DNA from: a virus
Lineage: Duplodnaviria; Heunggongvirae; Uroviricota; Caudoviricetes
IMG/VR virus record: IMGVR_UViG_3300034082_001974
Reading direction: 5' to 3' (one strand)
Length of the DNA stretch: 27,892 nucleotides
Below the pieces are notes generated by a model, which worked only from the letters and a program-made list of their open reading frames with translations, was not told the origin of the DNA and did not search any database. Shown here in pieces: positions 18,399 to 26,674 of the stretch (position 1 is its first letter; each line of letters opens with the position of its first letter). Both the position numbers and the translations under genes were made by a program.

Positions 18399-20348
18399 TT
18401 AAAAAATACCCGCATCAACCGTAATGTTTTCCAGATTTCTTGTTGAACCTGTGCAAGAAATAACTTGAGATTGTCCGGCACAATCATTTACCCATAATGA
18501 TTCAATTTCAATTGATGCATAATTTCCATTTGTAACTGTAAGAGTTCCTGCTCCTTCAGTCGCATCATCAGCAAAAACAATTCTACTAGAAGAATCATCC
18601 CAAAACATCGCTGCTTTTTTAGCAGTTGTTGAAAAATAGTTTAAAAGAAAACCAATATCCTTGTTGAGATCTGATGTTGGAACTCCAAGAACACCGCCAC
18701 CAGTATCAATTAGACCAAGATCAATTAGTGCATCTTTAACATTTAATGTTGTAGTATTAACTTGAGTTGTGGAACCATTAACATATAAGTTTCCACCGAC
18801 AGTCAGATCATCAGCGACAGTTACATCATTTGCAGCAAGTGTGATTGCTACTGCTCCTGTACTTGACTTAATATCATTACCAGTAATTTGTAGGTCACCC
18901 TTAATTTCAGTAAGAGTATTGCTGGTTAATGTAATATTAGTATTACCGTCAGATGCCTGAATATCATTACCATTTATACGAATATCTCCAGCAAAAGTGG
19001 TTAATGTGTTGGAGGTAAGAGTGATATTGGTATTTCCATCACTTGCTTCAATAATGTTACCATCAACTTCAAGGTTTCCACCAACAGTTAGTTTGTTGCG
19101 AACTGTAGTAATACCTGTTGTAGCAGAAAGAACAACATTAGTTGCTGCTTGAAATGCATTAACTGTAGTAGCATTTGCATTAATTAGATTAAATGTAGTT
19201 GCAGTTGTTGTTGCATTTCCACCATTAACTGCAATATCTCCAGTTAAGGTAAGAGTGTCGGTGTTTGATACATAAGAAATACCAGCATCAACATAAACTG
19301 CAGTAGAAGCAGTACCAGTATTATTAACAAATAATCCCGGATAGAAAGTTCCTGATGGTGCCGTGGTAGTGTCTACTGTAAGAGCACGAGTTGCAGTACC
19401 AATAGTACCAACAAGTGGTTGATTAAATGTAGTAGTACCATTAATAGTAATAGTATCACCTGAAGTATCACCAAGAGTTACGTTTCCATTCGCAACAAAG
19501 TCACCAGTGATTGTTGCAATACCAGAAACCGTTAAGTTATCTTGGATCTCTACTGTACCTGCAGCAGAATCCAGAATAAGATTTCCTGAAGTTGTATCAA
19601 TTTCATTCGTTGCAGTTATACCAAGACGAATAGCATCAATATAAGCACCAGTAGCAAAACTGCCAATACCTGAAAAATATGCGTCTTTCCATCTTTGAGT
19701 TGATATGCCAATATCATAGGTATTATCTACATTTGGTGCGAGACCTGAAATAAATTCACCACCAACATTAATATTATCAGTATTACCGTCACCAAGATTT
19801 ATTGTTCCTCCAGCAAAAGTTACAATACCAACAAAATATGACTGACCTTGAACATGTAAACTACCACCAATTGAAACATTCTTATTGACACCTAAACCAC
19901 CATCAATTTGAACAGCACCAGTATCAGCATTACCTAAAGTATTATCGGTAGTATCTGTGAAAGTAGCAATTCCAGTAAATACTGGATTAGACGAACTATT
20001 TGTCCAACTTAAATTTCCACTACCATCATTAGTAAGAACATTATTTGCTGAACCTTGAGATCCTGGAAGTGAATAAGTTACATTACTTGCAAGAGCAGTA
20101 TTTGGTGCTTTGAGTTCTATATAATTAGAACCACTATCAGTTCTTTCTACAAAACGAATACCACTTCCGGTGGTTGCAGTTTCTTTAGTCCAATAACGAT
20201 GAGACCCAAAAAACTTATTGTTATTTGTAGTACTATCGATACCTACATAGAGATCAAATGTATCACTAGTAAGTGCTGGTTCACCTGCTCTTAAACCTGG
20301 CAGATTAACAAAGGCACCTCTTTTAAATTGGAGGATTGGTGCTGCCAT
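18399..20348 (-). CDS. Tail fibre-like structural protein with Mtd_N-like N-terminus
   Basis: MAAPILQFKRG...LRAGEP...DLYVG start; many V.GNL.V.G beta-spiral-type motifs; ends ITVDAGIF. Confidence 0.75.
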   Translation of the reverse strand: MAAPILQFKRGAFVNLPGLRAGEPALTSDTFDLYVGIDSTTNNNKFFGSHRYWTKETATTGSGIRFVERTDSGSNYIELKAPNTALASNVTYSLPGSQGSANNVLTNDGSGNLSWTNSSSNPVFTGIATFTDTTDNTLGNADTGAVQIDGGLGVNKNVSIGGSLHVQGQSYFVGIVTFAGGTINLGDGNTDNINVGGEFISGLAPNVDNTYDIGISTQRWKDAYFSGIGSFATGAYIDAIRLGITATNEIDTTSGNLILDSAAGTVEIQDNLTVSGIATITGDFVANGNVTLGDTSGDTITINGTTTFNQPLVGTIGTATRALTVDTTTAPSGTFYPGLFVNNTGTASTAVYVDAGISYVSNTDTLTLTGDIAVNGGNATTTATTFNLINANATTVNAFQAATNVVLSATTGITTVRNKLTVGGNLEVDGNIIEASDGNTNITLTSNTLTTFAGDIRINGNDIQASDGNTNITLTSNTLTEIKGDLQITGNDIKSSTGAVAITLAANDVTVADDLTVGGNLYVNGSTTQVNTTTLNVKDALIDLGLIDTGGGVLGVPTSDLNKDIGFLLNYFSTTAKKAAMFWDDSSSRIVFADDATEGAGTLTVTNGNYASIEIESLWVNDCAGQSQVISCTGSTRNLENITVDAGIF

Positions 20349-20376
20349 TTGTTTTTTTTTTCTTAATTCTTTCTAC

Positions 20377-20383
20377 TATTTAG
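20377..20383 (-). promoter_or_regulatory. Late promoter-like CTAAATA
   Basis: Intergenic tatttag, 29 nt upstream of the 649-aa gene. Confidence 0.55.
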
Positions 20384-20387
20384 ATAG

Positions 20388-20717
20388 TCAAAAAGTACCC
20401 GCATCAAGGTCAATCTTATTATCTAGGTCAACATCGAGAGTGTTTACAAAGTCTCCTGGAAGTCCTGGTTGTGTTGTTTCTGTATTTGAAGCAGCAGAAA
20501 GAACTAAATCAGGATTTCTATCTTTCCATTTTCCAGATGGTGCATCATACATAAGAACATATTTATCGTTAGTTCCGCTGATTTCAACATCGGTAAGTTC
20601 GTCTAGGTATTGTGGCATAATTTCAAAGTTATATCCTATTGTTACTTTTGGTTTGATTGGGACTGAACTTTTAACTGAATAATTATTTGATGAATTGAAA
20701 ATTACTTTATAAGTCAT
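20388..20717 (-). CDS. Conserved hypothetical structural protein
   Basis: 109 aa, LDELTDVEISGTNDKYVLMYDAPSGKWK; ends LDAGTF like the downstream gene's DAGIF; ATGA overlap with the upstream gene. Confidence 0.65.
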   Translation of the reverse strand: MTYKVIFNSSNNYSVKSSVPIKPKVTIGYNFEIMPQYLDELTDVEISGTNDKYVLMYDAPSGKWKDRNPDLVLSAASNTETTQPGLPGDFVNTLDVDLDNKIDLDAGTF

Positions 20718-21049
20718 ACAGAAGTACTCTCCTCTACGATTGCAGTTCCTTTAATTACTTTTAATTTTTTATTATTAATTGTAATCACAACATCAAAGTA
20801 ATTTCTTCCTGCCTTTAACCTAGAAGTTTGATCTTCTGTTAGAGTTAATTTAATAGTTCCAGTACTAGAAGTAATTGTCTTTCCAAATTCTTCATAAGAA
20901 GTTGATGATGGAAACTTACGAATACGAGCATAAGTTGTTGTAATCCCAAGAAGATTAACAGCAGAACTATCAGGTTGAAATAGATTAAAAGTTGCCTCAA
21001 AAAATGTTCCCTTTTCTATAATTAAATTGGTAACTTCAGCAACTGCCAT
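20714..21049 (-). CDS. BppU-N/LtfC-like beta-sandwich adaptor protein
   Basis: NLIIEKGTFFEATF...GTIKLTLTEDQTSRLKAGRNYFDVVI...KVIKGTAIV matches the Ig-like baseplate/fibre-collar pattern. Confidence 0.65.
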   Translation of the reverse strand: MAVAEVTNLIIEKGTFFEATFNLFQPDSSAVNLLGITTTYARIRKFPSSTSYEEFGKTITSSTGTIKLTLTEDQTSRLKAGRNYFDVVITINNKKLKVIKGTAIVEESTSV

Positions 21050-21069
21050 TTTTCTTGGGAATTTTTAAG

Positions 21070-21076
21070 TATTTAT
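21070..21076 (-). promoter_or_regulatory. Late promoter-like ATAAATA
   Basis: Intergenic, 21 nt upstream of the BppU/LtfC-like gene; retained at the same spacing in the duplicate at 26774..26780. Confidence 0.6.
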
Positions 21077-21090
21077 GATAAAGTGAAAAC

Positions 21091-21357
21091 TTATTCTTCA
21101 AGCAAAGAGTTGTGAAGTGCGACAAATGCATTTCCATCTTGAATTGCTATGGTTAAATCGGAAAGATCTTCTCCTGATCCAGTAACATGCTCGCTACTCA
21201 TTACAATTTCCAGATGAGAAACATTTCTTTGAACTGTGTGTACAATTTTGTTGGTAATATTTTCCTTTGAAATTTCATTGCTTATAACCCAAACACTATC
21301 TCTTGCTGCAGAAATAGTTTGTACAATTTCTTGGGATGTTGGAATTGTTTCTTCCAT
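21091..21357 (-). CDS. Hypothetical protein (88 aa)
   Basis: Full-length ORF with ARDSVWVI...RNVSHLEIV motif, its own TAAATA motif upstream and a purine-rich leader. Confidence 0.65.
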   Translation of the reverse strand: MEETIPTSQEIVQTISAARDSVWVISNEISKENITNKIVHTVQRNVSHLEIVMSSEHVTGSGEDLSDLTIAIQDGNAFVALHNSLLEE

Positions 21358-21390
21358 TGTTTTTCTCTTTGTATTATAATAATTAATTAA

Positions 21391-21397
21391 TATTTAT
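21391..21397 (-). promoter_or_regulatory. Late promoter-like ATAAATA overlapping the sulfotransferase stop
   Basis: tatttat, 34 nt upstream of the 88-aa gene. Confidence 0.45.
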
Positions 21398-22332
21398 GAT
21401 CCGATGAGTTGAGTATCATCTTCTTGGTCATCCTCCGAAATTTCTAAAACTTCTTCTTCATTAGTATCTTCAAAATCAGAATTTACAATTCTCCAAAATT
21501 CAGTATTCTTGCATTTTTCCAAAATTTTTGGCGAAAGAATATCTTCTGGATTTTTAGAGACAGATTCTAACGTTGGTCTAACATCATGCATATCAGAAAA
21601 TCCATAGATTTGTGCATCGTTTTCTCTATTTATGTTGTTTAATTTATTAAAATCGTGCTCAAACAATTCTTCTCCCAAAAATTCATAAATTTTCTCTACG
21701 GTTTCTTTCGGATTATTCACCAAATCACGATACTCTACTAAATGTATTGAATTTTCATATCCCCCCATTAGTGCCATTCTAAGACCTTCAACAGATTGAC
21801 CCAAAATTCCATTTGGACTTGCAATAAATTCGCAACGGTTGTCGTCAGTTAATGGGATATTATTTTTAACTAACATTTCATCAATGAAATTAATTTTTCC
21901 ATTTACTTCGTATGGATTTCTTTTCATCATTGAAATAAAAGAAGTTAAAATCTCTGCTGTATCTCTAACCGGGCAAATTACTTTAGGTTGAATATCAAAA
22001 TATCCAAAAATGTAATTCATACGAACTGTCCACGAACGGTTCTTATCAAAAATTGCAGGTTCTTGGCGATCACTGTAATATTGTGGAAGAATAGATGCAA
22101 TAATTTGTTTTGCTTGCTCTGGTTTTGGATATCCAAGAAAAAGTTCATCATTGGAAAACTGGTTCTCCAATGCAATCATCGTTCCAACAACTGGAGAACT
22201 TGGACCAGAATAAAATTTTGGATTTTGATTTAAAATTGAAGAAAGTAAAGTACTTCCGGATCTTGGAAGACCTGACATAAAATAAAAATTTTTATTTAAA
22301 CGGTTTATTTCTTCACGAATAATTTCTTTCAT
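21394..22332 (-). CDS. Sulfotransferase family protein
   Basis: FMSGLPRSGSTLLSSILNQNP 5'-PSB loop, FDKNRSW, VICPVRD..EILTSF 3'-PB region, LVEYRDLV..P..T...IYEFLG. Confidence 0.88.
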   Translation of the reverse strand: MKEIIREEINRLNKNFYFMSGLPRSGSTLLSSILNQNPKFYSGPSSPVVGTMIALENQFSNDELFLGYPKPEQAKQIIASILPQYYSDRQEPAIFDKNRSWTVRMNYIFGYFDIQPKVICPVRDTAEILTSFISMMKRNPYEVNGKINFIDEMLVKNNIPLTDDNRCEFIASPNGILGQSVEGLRMALMGGYENSIHLVEYRDLVNNPKETVEKIYEFLGEELFEHDFNKLNNINRENDAQIYGFSDMHDVRPTLESVSKNPEDILSPKILEKCKNTEFWRIVNSDFEDTNEEEVLEISEDDQEDDTQLIGS

Positions 22333-22344
22333 AATTGATTACCT

Positions 22345-23250
22345 TTATTGTTTATCTACAGATTGAATAATTTTTTCAAAATCATACAGTTCTTCTTGTT
22401 CGACGAAAGGATATTCTATTTCAACTCCATTAAAATCAAAGTCAAATAAGTAACTTCCTGGAAGTTTAAAGTCATGTGAAATTTCGGTACAGATATTATC
22501 ATGAATATCATAACCAAAAACTTTTGGACTTGTACCATTCCAAAGAACTGTAGACGGTAATTTTAATGCCGCCGCCGCATGTTGCATAGAAGAATCAATT
22601 AAAATTCTCTTTTTACTATGTATAAGTAAACTAAACAACTCCATTAAAGATAATGAATTTTCTGGAGTTGCAAAAATATGATTTGCTCCTTCTAATTTTG
22701 CAGAATTTAATTTTGTAATTTGATAAATTTCATACTTGTCTTTATAATAATCAACTAATTGTTGTGCAAGAGTTTCTGGCATATCTCTTGTCCAAGAGTA
22801 TGGTTTTGCATCAGTACTCATTACTCCACCATTAGTGTGAATAACCATCACCGATTTTTTATTTTTGCACCACACTTGTTTTGCAATATTTTTTTGCAAT
22901 GCATTAAATTTTAATTCCGGTTTCTCATCATTAAATTTCAAATTATATAACTTGCACCAGTTTTCAATTAGTGAAAGTTTTTTATGAATATGGTCAGTTG
23001 TGTAGTATGGTTCGTGATAAAAAAGTAAAGAGTCCTTATCTTGTATATAATTTTGATAGAAGTAACTTGTATTTCCTAATTGATATACTCTATCAACAAA
23101 AGAAATGTTTAAAAAAATTTCTGAATATACGCAGACAACAATTAATTTTCTATCTGGATAATTATTTTTAATGCATTTTGCCACTGCTATTGCTGCTACA
23201 TGTTTTCCAATTCCACCTTGAATATGAAAAATAGTGTATTTTGATTTCAT
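22345..23250 (-). CDS. GT9-like (heptosyltransferase-fold) glycosyltransferase
   Basis: HIQGGIGKHVAA at the N-terminus, VIHTNGG, and RILIDSSMQHAAAALKLPSTVLW. Confidence 0.78.
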   Translation of the reverse strand: MKSKYTIFHIQGGIGKHVAAIAVAKCIKNNYPDRKLIVVCVYSEIFLNISFVDRVYQLGNTSYFYQNYIQDKDSLLFYHEPYYTTDHIHKKLSLIENWCKLYNLKFNDEKPELKFNALQKNIAKQVWCKNKKSVMVIHTNGGVMSTDAKPYSWTRDMPETLAQQLVDYYKDKYEIYQITKLNSAKLEGANHIFATPENSLSLMELFSLLIHSKKRILIDSSMQHAAAALKLPSTVLWNGTSPKVFGYDIHDNICTEISHDFKLPGSYLFDFDFNGVEIEYPFVEQEELYDFEKIIQSVDKQ

Positions 23251-23290
23251 TTATTAATTAATCCTTACGAATATTTTATAATATTTTTGG

Positions 23291-23866
23291 TCATTTGTCA
23301 AGTTCAAAGGTTTCTTGTATTTCTTCAATTAAATTTGAGTTTTTTGATACCACTCCCAAACCATGGGAACAAGTAAAATTAGTTTTTGGTAATGATATCT
23401 CATCAAATAATTGACAAACACCATAATGAGGAACACAAGTATCATGGAATAAAATTACTCCATTATCTTTTACAAATTTGCTCCAGGTATCGTAATCATT
23501 TTTGACTGCATTGTATGTATGAAATCCATCAATATGCAAAATATCAATCGGTTTTTCCCATTGTTTTGCAACGAGACCAAAATAACCTTTAATGAAAGTA
23601 ATATTATTCATATTAAGTTCTTTTCTTTTTTGTTTCACATAATCAAAAGTATTATTATATCCAGACATTGGGTCTCCTTCAAAAGTATCAATTCCATAAA
23701 TTTTTCCAATTTTTGGAAGACCAAAACAAAATGATGAGTAACCAAAAGCAACTCCCAAATCCACAATTACTTCTGGTTGTTGTTTATTTACAATCCATTG
23801 TGCAAATATAATATGATCGGTCCATGCTGTTGGAATTTCACTAATAATTTCTAATTTTTTATTCAT
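23291..23866 (-). CDS. Class I SAM-dependent methyltransferase (Methyltransf_24-like)
   Basis: IVDLGVAFGYS motif I, YGIDTFEGD, and IDILHIDGFHTY..V..D...W...VKDNGVILFHDT. Confidence 0.88.
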   Translation of the reverse strand: MNKKLEIISEIPTAWTDHIIFAQWIVNKQQPEVIVDLGVAFGYSSFCFGLPKIGKIYGIDTFEGDPMSGYNNTFDYVKQKRKELNMNNITFIKGYFGLVAKQWEKPIDILHIDGFHTYNAVKNDYDTWSKFVKDNGVILFHDTCVPHYGVCQLFDEISLPKTNFTCSHGLGVVSKNSNLIEEIQETFELDK

Positions 23867-24615
23867 TTTGTTTCACCAAATATATTTTTAGTATTTTTTA
23901 CTTTGCTTTTAAGTATGTCCCAATTTTGCGAATTTTGAAAATGATTGTAAGTATAAGCATTATGAGTATCTAAATCAATTCTTGTTCGTATTGAAAAATT
24001 TTTATCTAAATTAGTAAGAGTTTTGGATATTCTACCATGAATTTTATTGGTTTTAAATGCATAAACATTTTTACAATTCTGTACCAAATAATCATCCCCA
24101 TACCAAATTTTATATAAACTTGGAATTACTTTATACGAAGATTTTTTAATAAACATACACACACCAAAAGCATAACTTTGACTTCCTATAGGTTGCTTCC
24201 TATTAAGATTAAGTTTTGTGAGTTCAATACTATTGTGATGAGACGAATTAATATGATAATTATCAATAGTTCCTTTTAGGTAAGAACCAATAATATCAAT
24301 TTCTATTATATCTAAATTTTTAACATAATCAAAAAGATCTTCTTCCACAAATACATCATCATTCAATAAACAAATTATGTCTGTGCTAGAACGATAATAT
24401 CCATCATTCCAAGCAGGATTGACATAGATGTTTTTGTTATAGCAAATTATTTTTATCTTTGAATGATGCAAGATTTCTTTGTTTGGTCTTTTTTGCTTTT
24501 GATTATCTATTAAATAAATTTGGTTTACATTAGTGTATGAACAATATTTTTCCAAATAATTTATAAAATTTTCATCACACCACATTGTAGGAATAACAAT
24601 ATCAATCGTGTTCAT
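23863..24615 (-). CDS. GT2-like (GT-A fold) glycosyltransferase
   Basis: IDIVIPTMW, IYLIDN, YVNPAWN, CLLNDDV (DxD-like), and WYGDDYL. Confidence 0.8.
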   Translation of the reverse strand: MNTIDIVIPTMWCDENFINYLEKYCSYTNVNQIYLIDNQKQKRPNKEILHHSKIKIICYNKNIYVNPAWNDGYYRSSTDIICLLNDDVFVEEDLFDYVKNLDIIEIDIIGSYLKGTIDNYHINSSHHNSIELTKLNLNRKQPIGSQSYAFGVCMFIKKSSYKVIPSLYKIWYGDDYLVQNCKNVYAFKTNKIHGRISKTLTNLDKNFSIRTRIDLDTHNAYTYNHFQNSQNWDILKSKVKNTKNIFGETK

Positions 24616-25253
24616 AAGTCGTAACTTTTTATAAAGTTACCTTTAAATTTTTTAGTTCCTATATGAGAAACTGTATACTTTGGATTTAACCAAATTTGAT
24701 ATCCAAGTTCTTTAATTTTCCCACATAGCATTATATCTTCACCTACAAATCCATCATTAATTAAATTATATTCGCAGATATATTTTAATTTTTTTCCTCT
24801 AAATACACACTCTGGGTTACTTTCCCATAAATCTTTTATTACATTTTTTGAAAGTTTAAGAAATCCAGTTCCACATCTATCAATTTTTAAGTATCCATCT
24901 AAAGGATCTGAATTTTTATTTATTCCATATACATTATACTCTACTTTTTTATCGCTCTTATTTACGACAGGAACAGCAACTACATCTTTTGAAGATTGAA
25001 CAATTTCTAAAAGAACTTTTGCGCTCCATTCTTCATCATCATCAATGAAAACTAGATCATCGTATCCTTGTTGGTATGCAAGATTAAGAAGTTCATTTCT
25101 TGCCATTGGAAGAATACTTTCATTGGTAAGAAAAACTGGTTGAAACATTACCCCATTTTGCAATCCAAGTTTCGTAGATTCATATAAGGAATTTACAAAC
25201 CAAGCATCAACTTTTCCATCCAAACATGGAGTGGCAATTAATATTTTTTTCAT
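24612..25253 (-). CDS. GT-A fold glycosyltransferase-like protein
   Basis: KILIATPC, LPMARNEL, LVFIDDDEEW, CGTGFLKL, and GEDIMLC..IKELGYQIWL.P...SHIG. Confidence 0.78.
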   Translation of the reverse strand: MKKILIATPCLDGKVDAWFVNSLYESTKLGLQNGVMFQPVFLTNESILPMARNELLNLAYQQGYDDLVFIDDDEEWSAKVLLEIVQSSKDVVAVPVVNKSDKKVEYNVYGINKNSDPLDGYLKIDRCGTGFLKLSKNVIKDLWESNPECVFRGKKLKYICEYNLINDGFVGEDIMLCGKIKELGYQIWLNPKYTVSHIGTKKFKGNFIKSYDL

Positions 25254-25279
25254 TTAAAACCCATAGTAAAATTTATTTT

Positions 25280-25286
25280 TATTTAG
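25280..25286 (-). promoter_or_regulatory. Late promoter-like CTAAATA heading the glycan-enzyme cluster
   Basis: Intergenic tatttag, 27 nt upstream of ATG 25253. Confidence 0.55.
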
Positions 25287-25288
25287 TG

Positions 25289-26359
25289 TTATTCTAGTGC
25301 ATCTACTCTCTCTTTGAGATCCTTAACTTCTTGCATTAATTCTTTAATAGCATTAACCATTACTGGAATTAGTGAAGCAGAACCAAGTGTGTACTGATTT
25401 GGATCATTTGTATTAACAATTCCAGTATAATATGCATCAAATTCTTGAATAACTTCTAAAACTTCTTGAGCAATAAATCCAGATGCTGGGTTACCTTTAT
25501 TATTATCAGTATGGCGGAAATTCCAATCAAATTTACGTGGTCTTATTTTCGCAAGAAACTCGCCACCAAGTGGTAAGTCAATAATGTTTGCTTTATCTCT
25601 TTGGTCTGATGTAAATGTCCAGGCAGTTGCTGCTCCTTGAAAACGAGCAAAATTAATCCCACTATCAATCGTTACCTCATTGGAAATAGTTGCAGTTGAT
25701 GTTTGTCTAGCATTTCCTCCAAGTACAACATTTCTACTTCCAGCGGTGTTGTTAAATCCTGCAGCCCTACCAATGTAAGTGTTATAACACCCAGTGATGC
25801 TACAGAACCCTGCATTAAAACCAAAGAAGTTATTATGTTTTCCATAGGTGTTGCAATACCCTGCATACGCACCAATGAAGTTATTATAAACTCCAGTAGT
25901 GTTGCTACGTCCTGCAACAATACCAAAGAAGTTATTATCACTTCCAGTGGTGTTGTAACCTCCTGCACTACTACCAAAGAAGTTATTTCTACTTCCAGTG
26001 GTGTTTCTACATCCTGCACTATCACCAAAGAAATTATTACAACTTCCAGTAGTGTTGAAAGACGTGTCCCTACCAAAGAAGTTATTATTACTTCCAGTGG
26101 TATTGGAACGTCCCGCATAACGACCCATGAAGTTATTATTACTTCCAGTGAGGTTGTTACGTCCTGCACAACAACCAATGAAGTTATTACAACTTCCAGC
26201 GGTGTTGCAAAGTCCTGCATTAAGTCCTATAAAAAAGTTATTTGTTCCTGTTGTTGTAGTATTTCCTGCGCCACCTACAAAAAAGTTTCTATTAGCCGTA
26301 TCACCAAAAAACCGTTTATTATTATCAATTACAGTAGATCCAGATATTTGAATAGACAT
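25289..26359 (-). CDS. Tail fibre/adhesin with 17-aa Asn/Gly/Cys repeats and C-terminal S74 chaperone
   Basis: About ten xxNNFFGxxAGxxNTTG units, then SDQRDKANI...RPRKFDW...GFIAQEV...LIPVMVNAIKEL; AAGGAG Shine-Dalgarno upstream. Confidence 0.85.
   Translation of the reverse strand: MSIQISGSTVIDNNKRFFGDTANRNFFVGGAGNTTTTGTNNFFIGLNAGLCNTAGSCNNFIGCCAGRNNLTGSNNNFMGRYAGRSNTTGSNNNFFGRDTSFNTTGSCNNFFGDSAGCRNTTGSRNNFFGSSAGGYNTTGSDNNFFGIVAGRSNTTGVYNNFIGAYAGYCNTYGKHNNFFGFNAGFCSITGCYNTYIGRAAGFNNTAGSRNVVLGGNARQTSTATISNEVTIDSGINFARFQGAATAWTFTSDQRDKANIIDLPLGGEFLAKIRPRKFDWNFRHTDNNKGNPASGFIAQEVLEVIQEFDAYYTGIVNTNDPNQYTLGSASLIPVMVNAIKELMQEVKDLKERVDALE
25740..26250 (-). repeat. 51-bp coding repeat x~10 (one 48-bp unit)
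   Basis: accaaagaa(g/a)ttatt at 25820, 25922, 25973, 26024 and 26072. Confidence 0.9.
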
Positions 26360-26361
26360 TT

Positions 26362-26544
26362 TTAATTCTCCTTAGTGAGTTTTAACACACTCAATTTCCA
26401 ATCAGTATTTAAATATTTTTCATCTTCTTCCTTTCGAACCCATTTCCAAGTTATATTATTATGTATTGATTTTTTACTAAATCGAGAATTATTTTCACTC
26501 TTTAATTTATTTTTTATTTTATAAAGATATTGAAATTTTACCAT
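26362..26544 (-). pseudogene. Probable internally deleted Seg-like (GIY-YIG) homing endonuclease remnant
   Basis: YLYKIKN resembles the Seg-type N-terminal YxYKITN, and ENNSRFSKKSIHN...VRKEEDEKYLNTDWKL resembles the C-terminal G.NNS.FG..WI.N...YL..GW.LG module; no catalytic core between them. Confidence 0.5.
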
Positions 26545-26575
26545 CTTCGTGTCTCCACTAGGTATGTACTGTGTC

Positions 26576-26583
26576 TATTTATA
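26576..26583 (-). promoter_or_regulatory. Perfect T4 late promoter TATAAATA
   Basis: tatttata on + strand, followed on the minus strand by GGAG and ATG 26544. Confidence 0.65.
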
Positions 26584-26674
26584 TCGTTTTAGTTCTTTCA
26601 CTTCTTCAATAGCATTAGCAAATATTTTTATGTTTTCTTTGAGATTAATCGTACCAGTAATATAACATATTAAA

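Noticed and set aside
15147-23734. Other plus-strand ORFs (15147, 15507, 18769, 20440, 21988, 22971, 23519), and also 27153..27470
   Set aside because: All are antisense to longer motif-bearing genes in a region uniformly coded on the minus strand.
25672-26365. 182-aa, 220-aa and 74-aa ORFs overlapping the 51-bp repeat
   Set aside because: Frame shadows of the 17-aa repeat region.
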